Below the pieces are notes generated by a model that was not told where the DNA came from, searched no databases, and saw only the letters and a program-made list of their open reading frames with translations. Both the position numbers and the translations under genes were made by a program. Below, piece after piece: positions 21,600 through 31,900 of a DNA stretch of 64,000 bases. This stretch comes from a candidate division FCPU426 bacterium (GTDB lineage Bacteria > Oederibacteriota > Muellerivitia > Muellerivitales > Muellerivitaceae). The DNA lies in contig CAWCKJ010000009.1 of assembly GCA_963796105.1 (NCBI GenBank), positions 66,950 through 130,949 on the forward strand, read 5' to 3'. Each line of letters begins with the position of its first letter. The stretch's first letter is position 1.

Positions 21600-22616
21600 T
21601 TGTTCCTAATGCCCCAATTATCCTCTATACGCACCCGTTTCGGATACCCTTATCATCAATGGATGACCCAGGAATTTAACGAAGAGGGCTGGAGGCTCGT
21701 GGAAAAAAGCATCCGTCAAAAGCGGGTCCATGACGTCACGCTGTTAATCGAGGGTATCGACGGCCGTTTTGCCATGATGAGCAAGCACAGCTACCCTCCC
21801 GGCATTTACCGTTCCCCGTCAGGAGGCATTAAGCCGAACGAGGATTTTGTGGCGGGAGCCCTCAGGGAAGCTAAGGAGGAAACAGGGCTGGATATTGCCC
21901 TCAAACGGTTCCTCCTGCAAATAACATTGGATATTAGTTTCGAGGGGGAAGTCGTCACCTGGAATTCCTTTGTTTTTCACGCCACCACCACGGACACCGA
22001 ATTGCGGCATACGGATTTCAAGGAAGTCCGTGACACGAAATGGGCGACCCGCATCCAGGTCTTGGATTTGGCGACGCGGTTGAATGAAACCAAGAACGGT
22101 GGGTTGATTTATAGGGGGGAATTAACTTCCGCGTCCCTTTGGGCGATGGATCATCCCTTGGTCATCCGCGAAGCGGGCCCTCGTGACTTCTACGGGATCG
22201 AAAAAAGCCTCGAGGCCAATCGGATGGAAATCCCAAAAATGGAGGATACCCTATGGTGGATCGCCGAGATCCAGGGTTTATCCTCCGGCACGGTGGGGAT
22301 CACGGCCCATGAGGACTGCGTTGAATTAACAGGCTTGACCGTCGATCCGCTTTTCCGGGGCAAGGGTTTGGGGCATGCCATGACGGAGTACGCCTGCGAT
22401 CAATGGCATGATTCGGAAAAAAGAAGGCGGTTTGCCGAAAAGAAAAAAATATTTTTAAATGAGAAACTTTGGCTAGTGACCCAGATTCCAGGTTATTTCC
22501 TGCCGGTCAACTTTGTGATGACGGATAAGGAACTCCTGCCTCAAACCCTTCAAAACCAGCTGACCGGAGCCAGGGCGAAATGGCGCGGGATGCGCTACCA
22601 GCTCTATCGGATTTAG
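21600..22616 (+). CDS. NUDIX hydrolase - GNAT acetyltransferase fusion protein
   Basis: Nudix box GGIKPNEDFVAGALREAKEETGL; C-terminal GNAT motif A LTVDPLFRGKGLGHAM. Confidence 0.85.
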   Translation: MFLMPQLSSIRTRFGYPYHQWMTQEFNEEGWRLVEKSIRQKRVHDVTLLIEGIDGRFAMMSKHSYPPGIYRSPSGGIKPNEDFVAGALREAKEETGLDIALKRFLLQITLDISFEGEVVTWNSFVFHATTTDTELRHTDFKEVRDTKWATRIQVLDLATRLNETKNGGLIYRGELTSASLWAMDHPLVIREAGPRDFYGIEKSLEANRMEIPKMEDTLWWIAEIQGLSSGTVGITAHEDCVELTGLTVDPLFRGKGLGHAMTEYACDQWHDSEKRRRFAEKKKIFLNEKLWLVTQIPGYFLPVNFVMTDKELLPQTLQNQLTGARAKWRGMRYQLYRI

Positions 22617-22696
22617 GCCATTACCTGGAAAGTGCAAGGTTGGCTGTTTCACATTGGTTTCGAGAAATAAACCGGCTGCTTCCCACTGGAAAATTA

Positions 22697-23685
22697 CATG
22701 CCTATCCGAACAACGCTTGCGCAGTAATGGGTTTTGCCAAAGCGCAAGCGGTTAAGGCCCGGTGAAATAAGGAATCTGGGTCATGGCGACGATTGAACCG
22801 ATAAGTATATTCGCTCAAGTATCCAGGCAGATATTTCACGTTGACTCCATGATGGGTTCCTAGGATCCAAGCCTTGGCGTTGGAAATGAATCGGTGGACC
22901 CAAGGTAACCAGTGATTTAACACCACTGGGTCATTGGCTGTTACCTGGTACTCCACATCCACGTTTTCCAAGTTTCTCAAGCTGGGACTGGCATCCGTGT
23001 TTATCATGGCGCCTTTCTGGATTGCTTGATCGACGAATGCTTGGGCTTCCCACTTGGTTTCTGCGGTCACCTTTATCTTTGCAAAACCCGCTTTCTCTTT
23101 TTTGCGCCCTTTCTCATCTATCCATTCTTTGCTTTCAACCGCCACCAGCACTTCAGCCTGGTTTTCCTTTTCTCTCTTGCCGAATACAGCCCCATCCAAC
23201 TCAATGATTTCCTTGAGTTGGTAATTTTCATCCCTTTGTCGAAGACTTTCCCGAATCTTATGCAACATCCTCCAAACGGTATCGTAGGAGGGCATTCCCA
23301 ATTGCCGCTGAAGTTCCAGGGCTGAAATGCCCCTTTTCCCTTGCATCACCAATCCAATCATCCTCAACCAGGTTAAGATTGGGATTCTTGGATTTCCGGA
23401 AGATCGTTCCGGCTCGAAGCCGTATTTGCTTTCGACAATAGTCACATTCCCGCACTTCGGGGCGGTTTTTGTGTTGCCAGAAACTTTCTCCTTCACATTG
23501 TGGGCAAACAAAGTCTTTTCCGGCAAAACGGCTCTTCCACACCCATTGACGTGCCTTTTCTTCTGTATCGATTTCCTTGAAAATCTCAATCCCCTTCATC
23601 CGTTGGTAGTTCATAATTTGCCCCTCCAACAATGAGTATACTCCTGTATTCCTTTATTTCAACAGGTACCGTTTGGAGAGGCATT
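22697..23685 (-). mobile_element. IS1595-family insertion sequence, copy A (989 bp)
   Basis: Near-identical to 61231..62218 in reverse orientation; imperfect IRs AATGCCTCTCCAAAC/CATGCCTATCCGAAC; 8-bp target duplication GAAAATTA at 22689-22696 and 23686-23693. Confidence 0.95.
22702..23614 (-). pseudogene. IS1595-family transposase, frameshifted
   Basis: Split into ORFs 23258..23632 and 22702..23589 by one extra A near 23385 (AAGAATCCC versus AAGATCCC in the intact copy). Confidence 0.88.
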
Positions 23686-23726
23686 GAAAATTATCATTTT
23701 TTCCAGAAGCTATTCACTCATCTTTT

Positions 23727-24422
23727 TTACCCTAGCAGATCCAACGCGTCCTTCACGCTCATCAACTTGCAGGTGTAGATAGGGGTATCCCTGACGGTAT
23801 ATTTGGAGGATTCTGTTTCCCTGAGAGCCATGACCAAATCCAAAAAATCCTTGGGTTCATCTGTTTCGAATGCCACCACAAAGTCCTGGTCGTCCAAGCC
23901 AAAAGAATAGGTGGTATTCAGCTTCACGCTGGGATATAGGTTCCCCACCCGGATATGCTCATCCATCACTTTCTGCCTTTCCGCCTTGTCCAAGAGGTAC
24001 CATTGGCGGGTTTTCACGAAGGGATAGACAAAAATGTATTTGAACCTGCCGGGAACAATGCTGCTTCGGGCTCCGTCCTGGCTAGGGTGCTGGTGTTTCT
24101 CGATATAAATGCTTCTTTTGGTCATGGATAGGTAGGACGCGGGGGTTTTCAAAAAAGGCCCCATGGTTGACTTGAACAGCGTCGAGTTCATCCGCTGGAA
24201 GCTGTCCAAATCATAGCTGATGCGCCAAAGCATCAAATCCACGTCGCTCCTGAAACCAACGGTGGAATAAGCCAGCAGGATTCCATCTTTTTGGTATGCC
24301 GCCGCGGTTTTCGCGAAAGATTTCTTCGCGGCCTCCCGTTTCGAAGAGGACAAACCCCGGAACGCCTCCGCGACCTTGAAAAACGAGAAACTGACGAATT
24401 GTTGTTTGATCGGTTCATTCAT
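23727..24422 (-). CDS. Chlorite dismutase / coproheme decarboxylase (Cld/ChdC) family heme protein
   Basis: YIFVYPFVKTRQWY, DEHIRVG (proximal His), TTYSFGLDDQDFVVAFE; start set at MNEPIK after an AGGAGG RBS. Confidence 0.88.
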   Translation of the reverse strand: MNEPIKQQFVSFSFFKVAEAFRGLSSSKREAAKKSFAKTAAAYQKDGILLAYSTVGFRSDVDLMLWRISYDLDSFQRMNSTLFKSTMGPFLKTPASYLSMTKRSIYIEKHQHPSQDGARSSIVPGRFKYIFVYPFVKTRQWYLLDKAERQKVMDEHIRVGNLYPSVKLNTTYSFGLDDQDFVVAFETDEPKDFLDLVMALRETESSKYTVRDTPIYTCKLMSVKDALDLLG

Positions 24423-24544
24423 GGCGCTTTCCTCCTGATGGACGTCTGCGAATCGGCCCGTATTGTAAGGCGCGATCCCCCCAAAAAGCAAAATCCTTGG
24501 ACCATTCTTTCAACTCAGGTCATTACTCGGCGGTAACTTACTGG

Positions 24545-26671
24545 TTATTTACCGTTCGAGTCAATTTTCAGGACCGCCGCCGGCGCGAAAGACTGGTTCA
24601 TGGCTGGATTCAGGCTTTCAGAAACCTTCCAGAAACCTTTTTCATCCAGGCCGTTTTGGCCCGCGGAAAACTGCACCAGCGCCCCCTTTGCCCCTCGTCC
24701 CATAAACTTTTCAAGGTTCTGGAATTCATTGCGTTCATAGAATTCACCCTGGTACGATTCCCTTCCGTATGTACTTTTCAGCGCTTGTTTTTGAAGGCCC
24801 ACCATCAGGCGGTAATTTCCAACTGGAAAATCGGAGGGAATAAATAGAATCCTTCTTTCGGAATAAAACCGGCCTTTTCCCATCCGGCTGAATGACAGCC
24901 CAAACGGCTCATGGATATCATGGAGCCAGAAGACGCCATTCTTCATCCAGTAGCCGCCTTTTTCATCCGTGAAGATCGCGAGCACGGACGATGTTCCCTC
25001 GGCTGTTTTTTCTTCTCCCCCCTGGAGCCCCCCCCTTCCCCAAAGGTAAGTGATCTCAACCATACCGCCTGGTTGGACTGTGGAAGGCCGCAAAGCCACG
25101 GCTTGCAATAATACATTTCCCCACTGGGCCAGTGGTTTCCCAATGGGAATGGTCTTTTCGGGCTGGGTAGTTCCCTGGCTGGCCACCTGGAGAAGCGGCC
25201 CCTTGGCCTCATAGGTCCATCCCGGCGGAAGATCCCACTTCCGGGTCACGTACAGGGATCTTCCCTGGGTCAGGGCCTCCTTGATCAACCGCCCCATTTC
25301 ATCAGGGTCGCTTCCCGGCTCGATCACCGTCACATCCTCCCGGAAGTGGAACGATTGCTGCGTCCCAACGACGGGGAAATATTCGTTCTCCTCGGTTGGG
25401 ACGTAAAGCGCTTTCGGGTCCATGATCGTCAGGAGATTTTTCGCGTAATCCTGGGCTCCCCTTCCATTCTTTCGCTCGGCCAGGTGCCGGATGGAACCAG
25501 CCTGTGTCACCAGCCATAGAACCAAAATAAAAAAAATAATGCTTGGGTGATACAACCTTGGTTTCACGCCGGAATTTTCCCCGTGACTTTTTTCGAACAA
25601 GCGGGACAAGCCGGCCGAGGCGAACAACCCGCTGAAGACCCAGCCCAGCAAAACCTGGTGGGATTCGAAAGTCGGGAAAGGAATGGTAAATACGAAAAGC
25701 GCCTCCATCAAACCCCAGCCCAAGGCGATCCACAAAAAAGCGGGGATGGTTTTCCTCCGGATCCAGGCCGTCACCAGGCCAAAAAGGATTAATCCGATCC
25801 CGATAGGAGTAAGATCCGTCCACAAATGTGATCCCATTTGCCTGAGAACCGGGAGAATATGGGACCCGGAACCGCCCCCGATATAATGTGAAAAGCGTAA
25901 GGCGAAAAGATGCCTCAGGAATGGAATGACCCTGGTCAGTTCCGTGTAAGCCATGGCCGGGTGAAGGGCGGATCTCAACGGAAGATAAAGAAAAGTGCTC
26001 TGGCCAAGGAAAAAAACCGAAATAACCCCCATCATCATCTTGGGAGATTTAAGGTTTTTCCCGCTACCGTCCAAGATAAAGGCCAAACCCAGGAACGGAA
26101 GGGCGAAATACTGGGTCGGCCTGAAAACCGTCGCCAACCCGGCAATGAAAAAAGCCAACAGCCATTTCGCGGGTTTTTCCAGGCTGACGGCCCAAAGAAC
26201 CAGGAGTGCGAGCAGGAGATGGAGGGCGTACACAAGCGGGACCAGGGAATAGCGCCACCAGGGCAGGCTCAGGTTCCAAATGAGGGTTAAAGCGAAAAGC
26301 CATTTTTTGAGTTTCGAATAATATTTATCGCTATTTTCTAGGTCCGGCATGAGGAAACCGGAAATTCTCAGGCAGAGGTGCCAAAACAAAACGGAAGCGA
26401 TTGAAGAGCAAAAAACAGACAGGAGGCCAAGTCGGAAAGCCGGTGTTCCAAACGGCAAAAGAATGAAGATTTTTCCTAAAAGATGGAATAAAACCTGCCC
26501 GGAAGGGTGGGAAATTCCCAAGCAAAGGGTGGCCGCTACCATTTCACCCGAGTCATACCAGCCGATGAAAGGGGAAACTAAGAAAGCGTTGAGGATGAAT
26601 AAAAAGAAAAAAAGGGCCGTGGGATGGATCCAGGTTTTATCTCTTCCGCCGCTTCCGGAATAGGCTCCCAT
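24545..26671 (-). CDS. DUF2723/TMEM260-like (GT-C) membrane glycosyltransferase
   Basis: WYDSGEMVAATLCLGISHPSGQVLFHLLGK N-terminal motif, many TM helices, LYLPLRS, extracytoplasmic C-terminal domain. Confidence 0.8.
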   Translation of the reverse strand: MGAYSGSGGRDKTWIHPTALFFFLFILNAFLVSPFIGWYDSGEMVAATLCLGISHPSGQVLFHLLGKIFILLPFGTPAFRLGLLSVFCSSIASVLFWHLCLRISGFLMPDLENSDKYYSKLKKWLFALTLIWNLSLPWWRYSLVPLVYALHLLLALLVLWAVSLEKPAKWLLAFFIAGLATVFRPTQYFALPFLGLAFILDGSGKNLKSPKMMMGVISVFFLGQSTFLYLPLRSALHPAMAYTELTRVIPFLRHLFALRFSHYIGGGSGSHILPVLRQMGSHLWTDLTPIGIGLILFGLVTAWIRRKTIPAFLWIALGWGLMEALFVFTIPFPTFESHQVLLGWVFSGLFASAGLSRLFEKSHGENSGVKPRLYHPSIIFFILVLWLVTQAGSIRHLAERKNGRGAQDYAKNLLTIMDPKALYVPTEENEYFPVVGTQQSFHFREDVTVIEPGSDPDEMGRLIKEALTQGRSLYVTRKWDLPPGWTYEAKGPLLQVASQGTTQPEKTIPIGKPLAQWGNVLLQAVALRPSTVQPGGMVEITYLWGRGGLQGGEEKTAEGTSSVLAIFTDEKGGYWMKNGVFWLHDIHEPFGLSFSRMGKGRFYSERRILFIPSDFPVGNYRLMVGLQKQALKSTYGRESYQGEFYERNEFQNLEKFMGRGAKGALVQFSAGQNGLDEKGFWKVSESLNPAMNQSFAPAAVLKIDSNGK

Positions 26672-27393
26672 CAGGAAGAACCCTTAAGCCTCTCGATGTT
26701 GGGCTCCACCCAGCCGGAAGGGTCCCCCATGTGGATGTTGAGAAGCATGTCACGGGCCTCTTCATAGGCGTGAAGCGCCTCGTTTCTCCGCCCCATCGAC
26801 TCCAGGATCTGGGCCTTTAATATGTATCCCGGGAGGAAATAAGGATACTTGTCCACGAGTTTCTGGGCGGGCTTGAGGGCTTCCCCGACATGGCCCATTT
26901 TGGCCAGGATGGAACCCAGGCTCAAATAATTATTCGGGAGTTCCGGACCTTTCTCCAACAGCTGCTTTTGGAGGTCCAGGGCTTGTTCCAAACGGCCCCG
27001 GAGAACCAGGCTTTGGATCTGATTTTCCCTCGGCTCGGAGGCGTAGGGGGAGCACTGGATGGCCCGCTGAAAATAACCGTCCGCCAACTCATAATATTTT
27101 TCCCGCTGGGAAAAGTTATCGGCCTTTCCGGCCCGCGCGTCCTCCACCGCCCCGAGGGTATTCCAAGGGTCCATGAAATTGGGGCGCCAGCGGAGGCTTT
27201 GCTGGGCGTCTATTTCCGCTTGGTCCAAGTCCCCCATCCTCTGGGCGAGGTTTCCCTTCAGGTCATATATTCTGGCGGCAAAATCCCTGAAGCCTCCCCA
27301 TCCCAAAATCCAGGAAACCAGGATGAAAACAACCATGAGGGCGGTCCGAAAAACGGGGGGGATCATCCGGACATCCAGCTTGAACAAATCCAC
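26671..27393 (-). CDS. TPR-repeat C-terminal part of the O-antigen-ligase-like gene
   Basis: One TM helix then TPRs (PWNTLGAV, NYLSLGSILAKMG, GYILKAQILESMGRRNEAL); overlaps the upstream ORF at a T7 run. Confidence 0.75.
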   Translation of the reverse strand: MDLFKLDVRMIPPVFRTALMVVFILVSWILGWGGFRDFAARIYDLKGNLAQRMGDLDQAEIDAQQSLRWRPNFMDPWNTLGAVEDARAGKADNFSQREKYYELADGYFQRAIQCSPYASEPRENQIQSLVLRGRLEQALDLQKQLLEKGPELPNNYLSLGSILAKMGHVGEALKPAQKLVDKYPYFLPGYILKAQILESMGRRNEALHAYEEARDMLLNIHMGDPSGWVEPNIERLKGSS

Positions 27394-28649
27394 CTTTTTT
27401 TGTCGCCCAGGGCGTAAGCGGCAACCCCCAATAAAACCAGGCGGTGGGACCAGTCATGAAAGGTGAAATCGACCAAATTATGCAAAACCTCAAAGAGGAT
27501 GAGGTAAAACGCCAATTCGGCCGTTCTCACCCCTTCCGCGGACCGCTCCAAAAGGGAGGTCTTGAGAAGAACGCTGGAAAATTCCCTTAATAAAACCCAA
27601 AGAAGCAGGAGGATTAAGGCCAGTGCCGGAAGGCCGCACTCAGCGGCCGACTGGAGGAACTCATTATGGGCGAAGGGGTTGAAGACGTTCCAATACATGT
27701 CCGGACGGAAATAGGGATAGACATCCGCGAAGGTTCCGGGGCCGAATCCGAAAATCGGCTGGGCCTTGATCATGTGGAAACTGCTGTTCCATATGTCGAT
27801 CCTGAAGTAGGACCTTGGGTCGGCGTTCTCCCCGTTTAAAAAACGGTTGACCATCGCTGAAAGGCAAATCACCACGAAAAGCACCCCGGCCCCTGACCAC
27901 AGCCACTGCTTGGTGTCCCAGCCGGAAATCCACTCCTCGATCTCCCTCATGTGCAATACCATGTAGGCGACCACGACCAATACCATCGCCGCAAGGGATC
28001 CCCGGCTTTCGGTCAAGCCCCAGGCGGCGGTCAGAAGCACCAGTCCGGCCCATGGAAAAGGAACGCGGTTGATCTTGCGGTGCGCGCCCCAGAGAAGGGC
28101 CATTCCCAGGAATCCCGCCGCGATATTGGGGTTGGTAAAGGGTCCCTCCCGGGGAACGAATCTCGAGAAAGTGCCGAACCAGAACCAACGGCCCATGGTG
28201 GTGATGAGAAGCCAAGTCCCCGCCAAATAAGCCGTCCAAAAGAAAACACGCGCGAACCAGCCAAACAATTCCGGCCACCGCTTCCAAGCGATCCGCATGG
28301 AGAACCACCATAGGATCGAGGACAGGAAAGTCCTGAAGGCGCCGAAACTGTCGAAGGAGGTCATGGAATTTTTGGTGGAAAGGATGATCCAGCCTAAAAG
28401 CAGTAAAAATAAGAAATCAGGGGAATCCAGAGAAAGCGCGGCAGGGAAACGGCTCCGAAATAAATAAACAGCGGTGATCAGGATGAAAACGGCCGCGGAA
28501 ATCCACCAGAGGGATAATTCCATCGGCAGCCAAACAAGCAGGGTTTCGTGCGGGATCAAAGTGACAGCCGGGAAAAGGATGAGAATGAGGAATCCCAGCA
28601 ACCGGCCGCTAAAACCCAACAGGGATTTATTTTGTCCAGCCTCTATCAT
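27363..28649 (-). CDS. O-antigen ligase / O-oligosaccharyltransferase (Wzy_C) family protein, N-terminal part
   Basis: GPFTNPNIAAGFL, TESRGS, RIDIW..S..MI..QPIFGFGPGTF, AHNEFLQ..AECG, HNLVDF. Confidence 0.85.
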   Translation of the reverse strand: MIEAGQNKSLLGFSGRLLGFLILILFPAVTLIPHETLLVWLPMELSLWWISAAVFILITAVYLFRSRFPAALSLDSPDFLFLLLLGWIILSTKNSMTSFDSFGAFRTFLSSILWWFSMRIAWKRWPELFGWFARVFFWTAYLAGTWLLITTMGRWFWFGTFSRFVPREGPFTNPNIAAGFLGMALLWGAHRKINRVPFPWAGLVLLTAAWGLTESRGSLAAMVLVVVAYMVLHMREIEEWISGWDTKQWLWSGAGVLFVVICLSAMVNRFLNGENADPRSYFRIDIWNSSFHMIKAQPIFGFGPGTFADVYPYFRPDMYWNVFNPFAHNEFLQSAAECGLPALALILLLLWVLLREFSSVLLKTSLLERSAEGVRTAELAFYLILFEVLHNLVDFTFHDWSHRLVLLGVAAYALGDKKRWICSSWMSG

Positions 28650-28954
28650 CGATTTAACCTTTTGTAGGTCGTTCCCTCGCGAAAGCGGTCAAGCCGCCAG
28701 AATCAGCCAGGGTATTCTTTCCGCAACTTCATCATCATAATCTAACAAGGGAAAAAAGTCCGTCAGAACCGGGTCTGGAAACAAACGGGGCTGGGGAGAG
28801 GCGGAATCTCGAGGTAATGGCGGGGGTGAAAAAGGCGCTGGATGAAAGCTACCGATAAGCCCTCGGCGGGTCACCCAGGCCGCCCCAGGGGCGGGGCAAT
28901 GGCTTCGCGTTCCCCGCCCAAGTTGGCCGGTTTAAAACCCTGGAGTGGCTTCAG

Positions 28955-31900
28955 TTAAAACTCGATCCCCACCCCGGCGTTGATGTTTTGAAGGCCGTAA
29001 TTCGTCAAACCCAATTTCCCCTGGTATTGCACGTAGGCCCCCAAGGAAGGGCTGAATTGCGCGTTGATGCCGGCCCCGAGGACCGCGGCGTCCGTTCCCG
29101 TCAAGGGCCCCTGGACCGTGAATGGATTGTTGGCGCTCCCGAGGGTGGCGTTCAGGCTGTCCTGGTTTCCCTGGTAAACATGCTCCCAGGCCAGGCTGAT
29201 GTTCGGGAGGATGGAGATATTTCCCATCTTCCAGGACCAATCCGCTTTCGCGCCCAATTGACTCGACAATTCGCTTTCGCTTTGCGAGGGAATGCCGAGC
29301 GGCGTAAGGGACCCTGTTTCCTTAAAACCGTTAATACTAACGTCCGCGTATTGGCCCGTAATGAACATATCCAGACCCACTTGACCCAACTGCCTATTGA
29401 TTCCGCAGGTAAGCTGGCTCCCAAACTGGGTTCCCTGAGTTGAACCCAATGCCGTTGCGCCCGACAGTAATGGGTCAAAACTCGCCCTCTGGGTTTGGTA
29501 GCTGTTGATTCCCCCGTCCACGAGGGCCTCCAAGCGGAGCTTCCCATGGTTCCATCCGCCGTAAAGGCCGGCCTGGCCGCCGGTCACGCTGACGCTGTTG
29601 CTTCCGGACTGGCTTGTCCCCGAACTGGAATAACCCAGCAGGAGTCCGCCGGCCCATTCCTGGTTGAAGCGGTAGTCCATCCCGGCCGCCATGCCCGCGG
29701 TCATAAAATTGTAGCCTGAGGCGTTGGAATCGCCCGTGACGGACCCGAAATTCCCCAAGCCATTCACGAATACCCCGATACGGTTTTCAGGGGCCGCGGT
29801 ATTGGGAGAGGCGCTCGTATCGCCTTTCGCCTCCTCTTGGTCCATGATGGCCTTTTCTTTATCCGCTTTCATGTTTCCAGCGAATAAGGGCCCTTCCGGG
29901 AGAATATTGGCCGAGTCAGCCCCCCCCGCCTTCGGTGATTGCTGGAAAAGCGCATCCAGCCTGTTCAAGGCGATGGAAGCCCGGTTTTCTTCGGTCGCGA
30001 ACCCCATCTTGTAAATGGGCGTCAACCCCGCCGGGGATATCAAATCGAAATCCTTCACCAATTGGGATGCGTTCTGTGTCCCCAGGATTTGGACCAGGGA
30101 TTGGTTTCCGGAAACGTAGAAACCAGCATCCAGCGCTTTTCCCACCGCCGTTTGGTTGGGAGTTGTTCCCAATTGGGCGAAGGAGGCTGGGAACACTTCC
30201 AGCAATAGGTCGTCGTTTTGGTAAATGGGATAAAACCTGATTCCCGTTATATCGGAGGTGAAGGAGCTGAACTTGCCCGAGATGCCTCCGTTGGCCGTCA
30301 CGGCCATGAAATCATTCCCGATCGCCGGAATAAATCCGCCGTAGGAAGTGACCGCCAACGCCCCATTGAGGGTCGCGGCGCCCGAGACATCCAGTATGTC
30401 ATATTGTCCCGTGGAGGCGCCGGCCAGGCCCAACTGCAAATGGCCGTTTGAGCCTTGCGTATAATTGCCCCCCACATCGATGGTCATGGGCCCCCCGCTG
30501 ACCGCCAGGGTCCCCCCGTTCACCGCCACGGAGCCTGTCCCCAAAGCGTCGCTGTTTCCGACCGCCAAGGTTCCAGCGCTCAAGACCGTCGAGCCGCTGT
30601 AGGTATCGGTTTCCATTAAAGTCAAAGTGCCAGTGCCGACCTTAGTCAAACCTCCTCCCGAGCCGCCATCAATCCCCCCGTCGCCGATCACCCCGGAAAA
30701 AGTGGTGGAAATGTTGTCCGACCCAACCGTCAAAGTATTACCGCCGAGGGAAATACCGCCTGAGCCTTGAATGGACCCTACGGTCACGCCCGCGGTTGAA
30801 CCGCTCAGGTCGAAATTCGCTGACTCATTAATCCCCAGGCTCCCGCTTCCCAGGGTTCCGGTCCCTGCCAAAGCCAGAGTTCCCGCGGCGACGCTTGTTC
30901 CCCCGCTATAGGTATTCGCTCCCGCCAGGGTCAGGGTGGCGGCTCCCGTTTTGGTCAAGGAACCCCCGGTGGCGCTCACGATTCCCGTATCGCTAATCAC
31001 GCCGGAAATGGTGGCGTTCAGGGTATTGTCGCCCGTCGTCAGGTTTTTCGAGCCCAAGCCGATGTTGCCCGCCCCCTCGACCATGTCCACCGTGACGCCG
31101 GAGGAGGTCACTCCGCTGATGTCAAATACGGAGCCGCCGCTATTCACGAAAAAGGCCGACCCGCCGGTGGATGTCCCGGAAAACGCCACAGTGGCTCCGG
31201 AATTGGAAATAATGGTGGCGCTTCCAGCCGTGGAACTGTCGCTGAAACTCACAGCCCCGTTGTTGGTGATGTTCGAGTTGCCCGCGGTGGAAATGCTCGC
31301 GGGGCTGTTGTCCCCCGAAAATACGATGATCCCGTTACTTTGATTTTGAATGACCGCGTTAGCGGCTGAGGACCCGTCGTAAAAATTCAAGTGGCCGAGA
31401 TTCGTGATGGCCGCGCTTCCCGCGTTCGCGGTATCGTAAAATTGCAAATAGTCGTTATTGATGATCGTGGCGTTGGACGCCGAGGAGGTCCCGCGGAAAT
31501 CCAGGCTCCCGCTGTTTCCAGTGGTAAAGGTGTTGCTTCCGGCCTGGGCGTTATCGATGAAGTCCACTGTCGCGTCGGTAAAGACGGATCCCGACCCGAG
31601 TGTTCCGCCCGTGTCCACCACCAGTTGACCGCCTATGACCGATGTGCCGCCGCTGTAGCTATTGGAGCCCGAAAGGGTCAGGGGAGACCCCCCGACCTCC
31701 AGGAGGGCTGAGCCCTGGATGGAACCCGCGAAATTCCCGCCATTGACAATCAAGGTGCTTTGTCCTGTCCCAAAGAGGCTGACGGAAGATCCGGACGCTC
31801 CTTGCAGATCGTCGAAAATGACATTTAAGTTCCCGGCCTGGCCGCCGTTGCTAGCGTCTCCCCCAAGGGCGGTAAAATCCGAACCTGAGGTCATTGAGAC

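Noticed and set aside
23727..24422. True chlorite dismutase (perchlorate respiration)
   Set aside because: No export signal, the distal Arg typical of active Cld is not evident (KLNTTYS), and no pcr genes are nearby; kept at family level.
28650..28954. Riboswitch upstream of the O-antigen-ligase gene
   Set aside because: GC-rich hairpins are present (GGGCGGGG/CCCCGCCC) but there is no recognisable aptamer consensus; may be just a terminator or stability hairpin.
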